Origin: Capsulimonadales bacterium
Lineage (GTDB): Bacteria > Armatimonadota > Armatimonadia > Armatimonadales > Armatimonadaceae
Assembly: GCA_033762295.1 (NCBI GenBank)
Contig: JANRLW010000069.1
Location: forward strand, 120,110-184,109
Length of the DNA stretch: 64,000 bases
Reading direction: 5' to 3'
Shown: piece after piece, positions 19,514-29,496 of the stretch
Layout of the letters: each line of letters starts with the position of its first letter
How positions within the stretch are numbered: position 1 is the first letter of the stretch
Position numbers and translations under genes: made by a program
The notes under the pieces: generated by a model
Told to the model about the DNA's origin: nothing
Seen by the model: only the letters and a program-made list of their open reading frames with translations
Databases searched by the model: none

Positions 19514-19996
19514 TCACGAGTGACCGCCGGATTCCCCCCGCAACAGCGCGACCGCATGCGGAAACAACGGAAGCAAAAGGCGCATCCCGTCCCGAACCGC
19601 GCCCGGACTCCCCGGAAGATTGACGATCAGGGTATGTCCGCAGATGCCGGCGACCCCGCGCCCGAGGGCCGCCTGCGGAACACGGGTCAGGCTGTCCTGA
19701 CGCAATAGCTCGGCGATTCCCGGCGCATTTTTGTCGAGGATCGAAACTGTCGCCTCCGGGGTCACGTCGCGCGGCGCGAATCCGGTGCCACCCGTGGTCA
19801 CGATCACGTCACAGCCCGCTTCGCACATCGCCACCAGTTGCATCGCGATCTCTCCCTCCTCGTCCGGAACGAGCAGACGGAGGAAAACATCGTACTCGTC
19901 GGGCGGGAGATGATTCTCGACTTCCGGTCCGGAAAGATCCTCACGTTCACCCCGGGAGCAACGATCGGAAACGGTCATTATGCCGACACGGATCAT
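19514..19996 (-). CDS. mog: Molybdopterin adenylyltransferase (MogA/MoaB family)
   Basis: TVSDR, DLSGP, TTGGTGFAPRDVTPEA, NLPGSP. Confidence 0.9.
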   Translation of the reverse strand: MIRVGIMTVSDRCSRGEREDLSGPEVENHLPPDEYDVFLRLLVPDEEGEIAMQLVAMCEAGCDVIVTTGGTGFAPRDVTPEATVSILDKNAPGIAELLRQDSLTRVPQAALGRGVAGICGHTLIVNLPGSPGAVRDGMRLLLPLFPHAVALLRGESGGHS

Positions 19997-20083
19997 ACGG
20001 AACGGTTCGACAGAGCGAGCACGGTTTCCTCTCGTTCGACGCTCCTCCCGCTCCTCGCCGGCTTCGTCCCGATCGCAGAGGCG

Positions 20084-21121
20084 CTACCCCCCGATCTGCG
20101 CCATGATTCGAAGGCTGCCACCACGCATCAGACGGCCCTCGAAATCCGATTTTTCCGGTTTGTGGGCGAGAGCCGCGCACGTATGCTCCAGGATGGCCCG
20201 GTCATCGCACCCGTTTCGAAGCGGCGTCATCAGGTCGTATTCGTAGTTGTCGGAAAGACACGGCACCAATCGCCCGTTCGCGGTCAGGCGGAGCCGGTTA
20301 CAGCCGTCGCAGAAGCGGTGCGAAATCGGATTGATTACGCCCACGGTTCCCTGAGCCCCCGGAAGCGCGAAGTTGCGCGACGTTGAGGACACCTCCTCCG
20401 GGATCGGCGCGAGGTCCGGAAATACGTCCTTCAGACGTTCGATCACTTCCTCGTTCGAGACGTACCGCGCCCGCCATTCCGGAGGCGACACCATCCCGAT
20501 CGGCATGTACTCCAGAAAACGGACGCTCAGCGGACGGGTCAGGGTCAATCGGGCAAAGTCGACGATCTCGTCGTCGTTGACTCCGCGCATCACGACGCAG
20601 TTGAGCTTGATCGGTGCGAAGCCGACCGCCAGCGCCGCTTCGACCCCGTCCCAGGCGCGAACATACTCGGGGCGGCGCGCAATCCTTTCAAAACGGTCCG
20701 GACGAAGCGTGTCCATCGAGATGTTGACCCGACGGATACCGGCGGCAAAAAGCGCCGATGCGTCCCGGGGAAGGAGGATGCCGTTGGTGGTCAGCGTCAC
20801 TTCGCGAACGCCGGGAACCGCGCCCAGACGCGCCGCCAGTTCGGGAACGTTCTTTCTCACCAGCGGTTGGCCGCCGGTCAGGCGGATTTTTCGTAACCCC
20901 GCCGTCGCCAGGACGCGGACGATCCGTTCTATCTCCTCCCAGGTAAGAACCTGTGCCGGGTCCTCATAAGGGACACCCTCCTCCGGCATGCAGTAAACGC
21001 ACCGCAGATTGCACCGGTCGGTGAGGGAAATACGGAGGTATTCGATACGGCGACCGAACCGGTCCCGAACCCCGGCATCGAACATGGGCAGCGAGAATGG
21101 AGACGCATCTTTCACCGACAT
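20084..21121 (-). CDS. moaA: GTP 3',8-cyclase MoaA
   Basis: YLRISLTDRCNLRCVYC, FCDGCNRLRLT...C, C-terminal IGG. Confidence 0.95.
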   Translation of the reverse strand: MSVKDASPFSLPMFDAGVRDRFGRRIEYLRISLTDRCNLRCVYCMPEEGVPYEDPAQVLTWEEIERIVRVLATAGLRKIRLTGGQPLVRKNVPELAARLGAVPGVREVTLTTNGILLPRDASALFAAGIRRVNISMDTLRPDRFERIARRPEYVRAWDGVEAALAVGFAPIKLNCVVMRGVNDDEIVDFARLTLTRPLSVRFLEYMPIGMVSPPEWRARYVSNEEVIERLKDVFPDLAPIPEEVSSTSRNFALPGAQGTVGVINPISHRFCDGCNRLRLTANGRLVPCLSDNYEYDLMTPLRNGCDDRAILEHTCAALAHKPEKSDFEGRLMRGGSLRIMAQIGG

Positions 21122-21221
21122 GGATTGATTTTACCCTTCTTGCGATCGACGCGCCTGTCCGGAGTATGACCGACCGATATCAGTATGCAATAAGCTCTGC
21201 AGGTATATTCAAAATTATCGG

Positions 21222-21250
21222 TTGAAACATTAAAAAGTCTACCGTATCAT
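21222..21250 (+). promoter_or_regulatory. Sigma70-type promoter, leaderless configuration
   Basis: TTGAAA-N17-TATCAT-N7-ATG(21258). Confidence 0.65.
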
Positions 21251-21257
21251 TGTGACT

Positions 21258-24200
21258 ATGGAGAAAGCGGACGAACTATCGAGAGAGGACGCCGCCGGCG
21301 GTCGCGTCGTTCCGCCTTCGCCGATCCTCGTTCACCTGCTCGGGGAGTTGCGGCTTTGCATCGGCGGTGAAACCATCACCGGGTTTCGGTCGAGAAAGGC
21401 GCGCGCGCTTCTAGCCTATCTGGCGTTCTTTCGCGAACGGCGGCATTCGCGGGAGATGCTGGCCGAACGTTTCTGGCCGGAAGCGGTGTCGTCAAAGTCG
21501 CGAACCAGTTTGAATACGGAACTCTATGCGCTCCGAAACCAGCTCGAGCGACCCGGAACTCCCCCAAACACGATTCTCATCTGCGATACGGTTTCCGTCG
21601 GGCTGAACCCCGACCTGGTGACGACCGATATCAAACGGTTTGCCGACCGCCTCGCGCAGGCCGAACGCCTCGGTAACGACGAACGGGCGATTCCGGTTCT
21701 CCGCTCCGCGCTTGCTCTGGCGAACGAAGAATTTCTGCCCGGTTCTTATGAGGAGTGGGCGTTGCACGAGCGGGAGCGACATCGGGAACGGTTCGTTACC
21801 TCGGCGCTGCGTCTGGCGCGTCTCCTGAAGGAGTTCGGGAACAAGGAAGAAGAGGCGCACTGGCTCAAAGAGGTCGTTCGTATCGATCCGACCCACTCCG
21901 AAGCGGTAACCCATCTCTTTCGACATCTCCTCGACGAGCGACGAGAGACCGAGGCGGTCGCGATCTATCGGGAACTCCGGGACCGATTGCAGTCCACCTG
22001 GAATATGGAACCTCCGCCCGAGGTTCGGACGACGATGGCGCCCTTGCTCGCCGTCTATACCGCTCCTGCGCGTCGAACACGATCGTCCGGACCCGGACGG
22101 ACGGCGGCGCTGGCGACGGCGGCGATCGCGGACATGGCGGTCGCTGGACGTCAGGATGCGCCGGAAGATCGGACCGTGCCGACGCGACGCGTCAAAACCG
22201 ACACCGCCCCCGAACTGCTGAACGAAGCGCCCGGCCGGGAGAACTGGCTGCCCGCTCCGCTCACCCGATTCTACGGGCGCGAGAACGAACTGACACGGCT
22301 GCGCTGGATGCTCGGAGATCCGAATCATCGCCTGATTACCCTCACGGGTCCGGGCGGCATCGGAAAGACCCGGTTGGCGTTGAGCCTCGCCCGACGATTG
22401 CGCGAGCCGGCGGGAATATCGGAGGGGATGTCCGAGGGAATGCGCGTGCTGTTCGTGTCCGTCGCCGATGCGCGGACGATTCCCGCGCTCCTGGAGTGTG
22501 TAAAGCAGGGGTTCGGAATCCACACGAAAAAGACCGCCGACGCCATGACCGCCATCGTCGATTTTCTTCGCACCGAGCCGACCCTGCTGATCCTCGATAA
22601 CTTCGAACAGCTGATCGGCGTCGGCGCGGAGCGATGGGTGGAGGAACTGTTGCAGCGAGTGCCCGCTCTCACCTGCCTGGTGACCTCCCGCATCCGGCTG
22701 CCGCTGCAGGGGGAGTCGGAATTTCCCGTTTTGCCGCTCGAGGTTCCGGAGGAGCCTGACGAACCGCAGGATACCGAAACCGTGCTCCGGGACTATCCGG
22801 CCGTCGCTCTGTTCGTTGACCGGGCGCAGCAGGCCGTTCCCTACTTCCCCGTGAACCGGAAGACGGTCACCGCCATCATTCGACTGGTTCGCTACCTCGA
22901 GGGGATTCCGCTGGCGATCGAACTGGCCGCGGCCCGCGCACGGGTATATCCTCCGGCGCAGATGCTCGAGCAGATGACCTCCCGGTTCCGGGTTCTCGTC
23001 AGCCATCGACCGATGTTCGAAGAACGCCACCGCTCGTTGCGGGCCACGATCGAATGGAGCTTCCGGTTGCTGACGGAGGAGCAGCGGGCGTTTTTCCTGC
23101 GATTGGCCGTTCTGCGCGGTGCCTGGATCACCGAGGATGCGGAAGCGGTCACCGGAGTTCCCGACCCGGCGGAGTTTCTGGCCGACCTTGCCGACGCTTC
23201 CCTGGTCCGGACCGAGTTCGGCGCCGATCGCATCCGCTTCCGGATGCTGGAAACGATCCGCGATTTCGCTCTGGAAAAACTCGAGGAAAGTCTCAACCGG
23301 GACGAGCGAGAACGTCTGTACGACCGGCACGTCGCCCGGTTCGTGTCGGTGGCGGAGGAACTGCTCAAAGCGCGGGACGGCAACGATCAGGCAACGTGGC
23401 GGGAGGAGATACGGCGCAGCCACGAGAACTGCTGCGCCGCGCTGGAACGATGCCTGGAAACACCGGGACTTCCGGCCCTGGAATCGAGCGTTCGCATCGT
23501 CGCGTCGCTCAGCCGATTCTGGCGTCTCGAGGGCTGGCACCGCCCCGGAATCGTCTATCTGGAACGGATTCGAGAGCGGTCCGAGTGGCCGGAGCTTTCG
23601 GTCCGGATGCGCAGTTCGCTTCTGAACGGGATCGGTATGCTCAAGATGGAGACCGGACAGACGGACGAAGCGGAACCCTTTTTCCATGAGGCGCGAGAGC
23701 TGCTCCTGGCAGCCGGGGACGAAAACGGTGCGTTCGCCGCCCTGCATAACCTGGCGATTCTGGCCGGATTGCGCGGAAGAGGCGCGGAAACGTACCACTG
23801 GCTGGAAGAGTGTCTGGCATACTGGAGAAGAGTCAACGATCCGCAAAAGATCAGCCTGACCCTGACCAACCTCGCCTGCGAGAGCGCCGAACTCGGCGAT
23901 ACCGAACGCGCCCGTACCCTTCTGGAGGAGAGCTGCCACATCGCCCGGACCGTCGGACAGGTATTGCCGGAAAGTAATGCGCTGGTCTGCCTGGGTTTCC
24001 TGATGTTCGAACGGGGAGATCGGAACGCGGCGGAGCAACGGTTGCGCGACAGTCTTCGTCTCCAGTCGCAGCTGCGGAACTGGAAGGAAGCCGCGTTGAT
24101 TTTGCTGGCGCTGTCGGAAATGATCGATCCGGACGGCGATAACCTCACGGAGGGCGGAATGGCCCGAACGGCCTCCGATTACCTGGCGTCCGTCGATACC

Positions 24201-24353
24201 CACCCCGGCGACTTCGTTCCGTTTCGGAATGGCGTTCTGTCGCGACGAATCGCCGCCCTCGTTCCCGGCACCGCCGGCCCCGTCGCACGGGCGGAGGAAC
24301 GTTTACGGCAGGCCGTCGTCTGGGCGCTGGAAGAGACTCCCATCTTCCGTTGA
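21258..24353 (+). CDS. SARP/AfsR-like regulator: wHTH + BTAD + STAND (NB-ARC-like) ATPase + TPR
   Basis: KARALLAYLA...REMLAERFWP; BTAD region; GPGGIGKTRL; LLILDNFE; GIPLAIELAAAR; C-terminal TPRs. Confidence 0.9.
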   Translation: MEKADELSREDAAGGRVVPPSPILVHLLGELRLCIGGETITGFRSRKARALLAYLAFFRERRHSREMLAERFWPEAVSSKSRTSLNTELYALRNQLERPGTPPNTILICDTVSVGLNPDLVTTDIKRFADRLAQAERLGNDERAIPVLRSALALANEEFLPGSYEEWALHERERHRERFVTSALRLARLLKEFGNKEEEAHWLKEVVRIDPTHSEAVTHLFRHLLDERRETEAVAIYRELRDRLQSTWNMEPPPEVRTTMAPLLAVYTAPARRTRSSGPGRTAALATAAIADMAVAGRQDAPEDRTVPTRRVKTDTAPELLNEAPGRENWLPAPLTRFYGRENELTRLRWMLGDPNHRLITLTGPGGIGKTRLALSLARRLREPAGISEGMSEGMRVLFVSVADARTIPALLECVKQGFGIHTKKTADAMTAIVDFLRTEPTLLILDNFEQLIGVGAERWVEELLQRVPALTCLVTSRIRLPLQGESEFPVLPLEVPEEPDEPQDTETVLRDYPAVALFVDRAQQAVPYFPVNRKTVTAIIRLVRYLEGIPLAIELAAARARVYPPAQMLEQMTSRFRVLVSHRPMFEERHRSLRATIEWSFRLLTEEQRAFFLRLAVLRGAWITEDAEAVTGVPDPAEFLADLADASLVRTEFGADRIRFRMLETIRDFALEKLEESLNRDERERLYDRHVARFVSVAEELLKARDGNDQATWREEIRRSHENCCAALERCLETPGLPALESSVRIVASLSRFWRLEGWHRPGIVYLERIRERSEWPELSVRMRSSLLNGIGMLKMETGQTDEAEPFFHEARELLLAAGDENGAFAALHNLAILAGLRGRGAETYHWLEECLAYWRRVNDPQKISLTLTNLACESAELGDTERARTLLEESCHIARTVGQVLPESNALVCLGFLMFERGDRNAAEQRLRDSLRLQSQLRNWKEAALILLALSEMIDPDGDNLTEGGMARTASDYLASVDTHPGDFVPFRNGVLSRRIAALVPGTAGPVARAEERLRQAVVWALEETPIFR

Positions 24354-24418
24354 TCCGGGCGTTCGAATTTGCTTGTTTCGGAATCTTTTTTTGTGACGTC
24401 CCCAAATGACGTGTTTTC

Positions 24419-24450
24419 GTCAGAGTTGTGTCAGACCCCCCCTTTACACT
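24419..24450 (+). promoter_or_regulatory. Putative SARP-activated promoter
   Basis: GTCAGAG-N4-GTCAGAC-N8-TACACT. Confidence 0.6.
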
Positions 24451-24524
24451 GAGTCCGTTAACAACGCCATACCCGTTGAGTGGGATTTGGTTCAAACGGA
24501 ACTCGGTAGAAAGGACGGATTTCG

Positions 24525-24899
24525 ATGCAACTTATGGGAGGATCGTTGACTGGCCGGCGTTTCAAGGCCATCATGACGGCTTTCGTTGTTTCCGGATTCA
24601 CCATGCTGGGAATCGTCAGCGTCAGTCCGAATGCGTTGTCGGCGGGTTTGACCCCGATTGAGATCGATCCGGCTCCTTCCTTCACGGCGGGCCAGCCGCT
24701 CCCCTGCGCGGTCAGCGTGAACGGCAGCGGAAACATTACGATTACCAGCGTTCCGTACGGCGCGGTCAGCTTCTCCGGGTCGGTTCCGAGTGGCACCTCC
24801 GTCGTCAACGCGACGACCTCGCCGAACGCTTCCGGAACGATCACGGTCATCCTGAACACCGGCGGTACGACCGTGCAGAACATCACCGTCGCTCGTTAA
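24525..24899 (+). CDS. Small secreted beta-rich protein, unknown function
   Basis: Signal peptide, Ser/Thr/Gly-rich mature part; AAGGA upstream. Confidence 0.65.
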   Translation: MQLMGGSLTGRRFKAIMTAFVVSGFTMLGIVSVSPNALSAGLTPIEIDPAPSFTAGQPLPCAVSVNGSGNITITSVPYGAVSFSGSVPSGTSVVNATTSPNASGTITVILNTGGTTVQNITVAR

Positions 24900-24958
24900 T
24901 CCGCTATTGGCGGATGACCGGATGAAAAGACCGAAATGGGCGACGCGCGGCGGGCATC

Positions 24959-25312
24959 ATGATTCTGTACGATCCGAACGGGAACGCGCACGCGCCTTTT
25001 TCGAGCCACCACTGGCAAGCCTGGCGCTTTCATGAACCGGGCGGCGGATTTGTCCTGAAAGTCATCGGGTTTTGCGTGGTGGATTCGCCGGGATATAGCG
25101 GCTACCTGCGTGCCGTGCCGGAGCAAAGCTATAACCGGAACCTGCTTTTACTGGAGAAGGTGATCATACCCCCTGCGGGGACGGTGCTGCCGTCCCCGTC
25201 CCCCCACACGCTGGAGATTCGGTACGAAGACCGATCCGACGGCCACCACACTCACGTTCAAATCGTCTCCGATTTTGTGACGTTGCCCATTCGCGACGTT
25301 TATCCGGCTTAA
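24959..25312 (+). CDS. Hypothetical protein
   Basis: Protein-like composition (WQAW...PGY...LLLL...IRYED); fills the gap in a + strand gene run. Confidence 0.6.
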   Translation: MILYDPNGNAHAPFSSHHWQAWRFHEPGGGFVLKVIGFCVVDSPGYSGYLRAVPEQSYNRNLLLLEKVIIPPAGTVLPSPSPHTLEIRYEDRSDGHHTHVQIVSDFVTLPIRDVYPA

Positions 25313-25406
25313 AACTGGCCTGACAGGAACTCTCCGGTGAAGGGTTGAAACGTCCGTACGGTCCAATCGGACGGCAACAGCTCGTTTGCGACAGAGGAGG
25401 GAACCC

Positions 25407-26612
25407 ATGGCAAACACCGTCTTGCAGGAGGCCGACGGCCCCCGTCAGGAGACGCAATTATCTTCATCGGATCGGAACCTGACCACGGCGGGTGCCGGCA
25501 GGCTGACCGATCGACCTGACTTCGCTCCGGTCACCTCATCTCCGACCGCCGGAAACGAGGAGGACCACCGGGTTCGTCCGGCCGAACTGGCGGAAGCGTT
25601 GTCCGCCATCGAGGGGCGGCGGCGCACCGTGTTCCTGGGAACGCTCTCCACGAAACGCGCGGTCCAGGAACTCCAGATCTCCGTTTCGCCGGACGAGATC
25701 TGGGAGGAAGTGCGCGCCCAGCGGGAACAGCGGGCGCAGATCCGTCCGAACGGCCGGAAGGGGCTACCGGCCAGAGATATCGCCAAGGTGGCGGTCGGCA
25801 TCGGTGCGGTCATCGTCACCGGCATGGCGGTTCGTTCCGTCCTGAGCCACTGGAGTTCCCTGCAACCGCCCGAAACGGCCGGGACGAGGGCGCTGCCCGC
25901 CCCCCTGCAAAATACGACCCGCGAAATTCCCAGGCCGCCTGCGGTCGAGTATCGGACGACGGAGTTCTTCGTCCGGACGCCGACGACGAAAGCTCTCGGG
26001 GATCTGAAGGACGGAGAGCCGATCTCGATGCGGTTCGAGAAGTTCTCCGAACTGATGCGCCTGCTGACAGGGAGCGCCTTCGAAGCGCCCATATCCGCGG
26101 CGACGGCGAAAGGCATTCTGGTGAATTCCACGTCGCGGGTGGACGGGTTCGATGTCGTTCGCTATGGTGGCAAATTCTATCTGCGTGCCTACGTTCCGAA
26201 AAGCTACCGGCCGAACGGTCCGTCCGGCATGACATCGCCGGGGGAATCGAATAACAACCCCTGGATTTCCAACCGTCCCCATGGTTCGATCAGCGAGACG
26301 GTCACGGTCCGGATGCCCGCCGCCGCCCTTCCGCCGAACCCCTCACCGCGCGACATCGCGACGGCGAATACCCGAACCTCCACCACCCGTCAGGTACCGA
26401 CCGGCCCGTTCGACACCCAGGTTCAGATTCCTTGGGACGCCATCAAAAATGGGGGGTATTCCGGGCGCGGCGACCAGGAAAGCCAGATGTACCAGTTCGG
26501 CATCGACTGGAAAAAGCTCGACAAAAGAGCCTGGGACACGTGGAAGCCCTCCTCCCTGCCGAAAGAATCGCAGAACGTGTCATCGGCCTCGGCCGGGACC
26601 ATTCAACATTAA
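25407..26612 (+). CDS. Hypothetical single-pass membrane protein
   Basis: SD GAGGAGG before ATG 25407; helical N-terminal domain, TM helix, extracytoplasmic domain. Confidence 0.7.
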   Translation: MANTVLQEADGPRQETQLSSSDRNLTTAGAGRLTDRPDFAPVTSSPTAGNEEDHRVRPAELAEALSAIEGRRRTVFLGTLSTKRAVQELQISVSPDEIWEEVRAQREQRAQIRPNGRKGLPARDIAKVAVGIGAVIVTGMAVRSVLSHWSSLQPPETAGTRALPAPLQNTTREIPRPPAVEYRTTEFFVRTPTTKALGDLKDGEPISMRFEKFSELMRLLTGSAFEAPISAATAKGILVNSTSRVDGFDVVRYGGKFYLRAYVPKSYRPNGPSGMTSPGESNNNPWISNRPHGSISETVTVRMPAAALPPNPSPRDIATANTRTSTTRQVPTGPFDTQVQIPWDAIKNGGYSGRGDQESQMYQFGIDWKKLDKRAWDTWKPSSLPKESQNVSSASAGTIQH

Positions 26613-26681
26613 TATTCGAACCGTTCGTCACACCGCTCGTATACCCTCCGTGCCGTGATCGCCCGGAGGGTATAATGCCCC

Positions 26682-28505
26682 ATGCCCGACGTCGCTCCTT
26701 CGGCTCCCGCGAACGACCGGGAGCCGAAATCCCTATATCGACGGCTCCTGCCGTATCTCCGACCGCACCTGCCGACGATTTTTCTCGGACTGGCGCTCCT
26801 TCTCCTTTCCATACCCGCCAACAATTTTCACCCGATCGCCTGGAAATGGATCGTCGATGAGGTGATCGGAAAACGCCGGACGGAACTGCTGCTCCCCCTG
26901 GTGGCCGCTCTGTTCGCCGTTCAGGCGATCGGTTCGACGCTGGAAGCGTTTCGCGCCATCCTGCTGGAACGGGTCGGTCAGCGATTCGTCCTGCAACTGC
27001 GGAACGCCGTCTACGAACGACTGCAGGCGCAATCTCTGGCCTTTCACCATGAAAATCGGGTGGGGGATCTGGTTTCACGCACCATGGGCGATATCGACCA
27101 GCTACAGGAGGTGGCGGTGCAGGGAATCGATTCCCTGGTGGCGAATGCCCTGTCCTTCCTGTTCGTGGCCGGAGTCCTTCTGATCCTGCATCCGCTCCTC
27201 GGATTCGTCACCCTGTTGCCCATTCTGTTCGTCTTCCTTCTGACCCGGTATTTCAACGAGCGCGTCAAGGTGATTTACCGATTGTCGCGCGACCGGCTGG
27301 GCGACGTCTCCGCCCGCCTTCAGGAGAACCTGAACGGACTGCCGCTGATCAAGGCGTTCGCCCGCGAACGTTTCGAAAGCGGTCGTTTCCGCACCGCCGG
27401 AGAGCGATTGCTGACGGAGCAGTTCCGGGCGATACTGGCGCGAAATACCTTCTTCCCGGCCGTTCGGTTTGTCGGGTTCTTTTCAAATGTTCTGTCGATC
27501 GGTCTGGGCGCGTGGCTGACGCTGAACGGGCAGTTCACGGTGGGCGGTCTGGTCGCGTATCGCGGGTACTGGTGGCCGCTGTTCGCGCCGATCAACCAGC
27601 TGGCGGCCATGAACGACATGCTTCAGCGCGCGGCGGCGGCGGCCGGTCGCGTCTTCGAAGTGCTCGATGCGCCCCTGCTGGTCGCGGACCTGCCCGATGC
27701 CCGCCCCCTCGAATGGAAAGCCGGAAGGGTCGCCTTTGAGGAAGTCTCCTTCGGATACCCGGCCGCCGACGGTCAGGAGCCGAAAACCGTGCTGGAAAAC
27801 GTTCGCTTTGAGGTCGAACCCGGTCGGATGATCGCCCTGGTCGGGCCGAGCGGCGCGGGAAAAACCACCGTTCTCCATCTGCTCCTGCGCTTCTACGACC
27901 CGACGAACGGAAGGGTCGTCATCGACGGGCAGGATATTCGATGCGTTTCACAGGAAAGCCTGCGGTCCCGCATGGCCTACGTTCCGCAGGAACCGTTTCT
28001 GTTCAACGGCACGGTCCTCGAAAATATCCGTTACGGCAATCCCAACGCGACTCCGGCGGAAGCGGAGGCGGCGGCCCGAATGGCGAACGCCCACGATTTC
28101 ATCGCCGGACTGACGCGCGGCTATGAGACGGAGATCGGGGAACGCGGGGTGAAACTGTCCGGCGGGCAGCGTCAACGAATCGCGATCGCGCGGGCGTTCC
28201 TGGCCGATCCCCGCCTGTTGATCCTCGATGAACCGACCTCCGCCGTGGAACCGGAATCCGAACAGATCGTTCAGCAATCCCTCGCCCGCCTGATGCGCGG
28301 ACGAACGACGTTCGTTACGTCCCACCGGTTGAGCCTGGTGCGGGACGCCGATCGGATTCTGGTTTTCTCCGAAGGCCGGTTGATCGAGGAGGGCAGCCAC
28401 ACCGAACTGCTGGCCTGTCACGGTTTGTATGCCTCCATGTACGGGATGCAGATGGGCCGCCCGGCGGAGGACGAGGTTCAGCCGGCTTTCGCGACCGGAA
28501 CGTAA
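26682..28505 (+). CDS. ABC exporter, fused permease and ATPase (MsbA/MdlB-like)
   Basis: GPSGAGKTT, LSGGQRQR, LILDEPT; N-terminal TM domain. Confidence 0.92.
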   Translation: MPDVAPSAPANDREPKSLYRRLLPYLRPHLPTIFLGLALLLLSIPANNFHPIAWKWIVDEVIGKRRTELLLPLVAALFAVQAIGSTLEAFRAILLERVGQRFVLQLRNAVYERLQAQSLAFHHENRVGDLVSRTMGDIDQLQEVAVQGIDSLVANALSFLFVAGVLLILHPLLGFVTLLPILFVFLLTRYFNERVKVIYRLSRDRLGDVSARLQENLNGLPLIKAFARERFESGRFRTAGERLLTEQFRAILARNTFFPAVRFVGFFSNVLSIGLGAWLTLNGQFTVGGLVAYRGYWWPLFAPINQLAAMNDMLQRAAAAAGRVFEVLDAPLLVADLPDARPLEWKAGRVAFEEVSFGYPAADGQEPKTVLENVRFEVEPGRMIALVGPSGAGKTTVLHLLLRFYDPTNGRVVIDGQDIRCVSQESLRSRMAYVPQEPFLFNGTVLENIRYGNPNATPAEAEAAARMANAHDFIAGLTRGYETEIGERGVKLSGGQRQRIAIARAFLADPRLLILDEPTSAVEPESEQIVQQSLARLMRGRTTFVTSHRLSLVRDADRILVFSEGRLIEEGSHTELLACHGLYASMYGMQMGRPAEDEVQPAFATGT

Positions 28506-29371
28506 AGGTCCGTCCGCACCTGCTCCGGCGGCACCTCGCGACAGTCGTTGACGTACACCTCGAAGCTCGGCGCGTTACGGAACGAATAGCCCGTACCCGT
28601 CACGCCACGTGTGAACTCGGCCCAGGCATGTCCGAGTCCGTCATACGGACCCATATGAGTCGCCACCGCGTAGCTCCCACCCTCGATCATCACCACCCGA
28701 ACGTCCGGATCGGTCGACGTAAAGTCGTCGGCGACGAAAACGCCGGCATCCGAACGCAGTTCCTCGACCGGCGTGTTTTCCGGATCGTCGTAATAGAGGG
28801 CGACCGTTTGGTTCATCGGGATGCCCTTCGTCCCGATCAGCGACATCAGCCGCTCGAAGGTCTGTCCGATCATGAAATACGCGCCGTGGTGCGCCAGGCA
28901 GACGGCTTTGCGCGTCGGAAACTCCTGAATATTGATCTTCATAGTCCATTCCCCTTTCGGTTGCAGGAAGCAAAGACCGCCGGGATCGTCGAAATGGACG
29001 CGGTTCGGCGTCGGAAGCCGCCCCTCATACCGTACCTGCCGACGAAACGAGGACGGTGTGCAACCGTAGGCGCTCCGAAAAGCCCGGATGAACGCCTCAT
29101 GGGTCGCGTACCCCGCCTCGAAGGCCAGAACGGTGATCGGCGTATCGCCTGTTCGGAGCCGATGGGCCGCGCGTTCCAGTCGAAGGCGTCGAACCATCTC
29201 CGCCACGGTCTCCCCGAGCAAGGTCTGAAAGATTCGGTGGAAGTGGAAACGGGAGACGCCTACCTCGTCGGCGATCCGGCGCAGGTCGAGATGGTCCTCC
29301 GGATGTCGGAGAATGTACCCGACCGCCGCCGCGATTCGCTCCTCATGATCCAGTCGTGTCGTTTGCTTCAT
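28478..29371 (-). CDS. AraC family regulator with C-terminal GyrI-like ligand-binding domain
   Basis: SRFHFHRIF, RRLRLERAA, AGYATHEAFIRAF; GyrI-like YYDDP, HMGPY, FEVYVND. Confidence 0.9.
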   Translation of the reverse strand: MKQTTRLDHEERIAAAVGYILRHPEDHLDLRRIADEVGVSRFHFHRIFQTLLGETVAEMVRRLRLERAAHRLRTGDTPITVLAFEAGYATHEAFIRAFRSAYGCTPSSFRRQVRYEGRLPTPNRVHFDDPGGLCFLQPKGEWTMKINIQEFPTRKAVCLAHHGAYFMIGQTFERLMSLIGTKGIPMNQTVALYYDDPENTPVEELRSDAGVFVADDFTSTDPDVRVVMIEGGSYAVATHMGPYDGLGHAWAEFTRGVTGTGYSFRNAPSFEVYVNDCREVPPEQVRTDLYVPVAKAG

Positions 29372-29496
29372 GTCACGCCTATTGTCCGTCGGTTCGTCGT
29401 TGAAAACTTGCCGAGGATTGCGAATTTTCCCAACAATCGTCCGACAATCTCCCGGCGTCATGGCAGGAGCGGAAGGGAGGCGGTTCAATAGGGACC

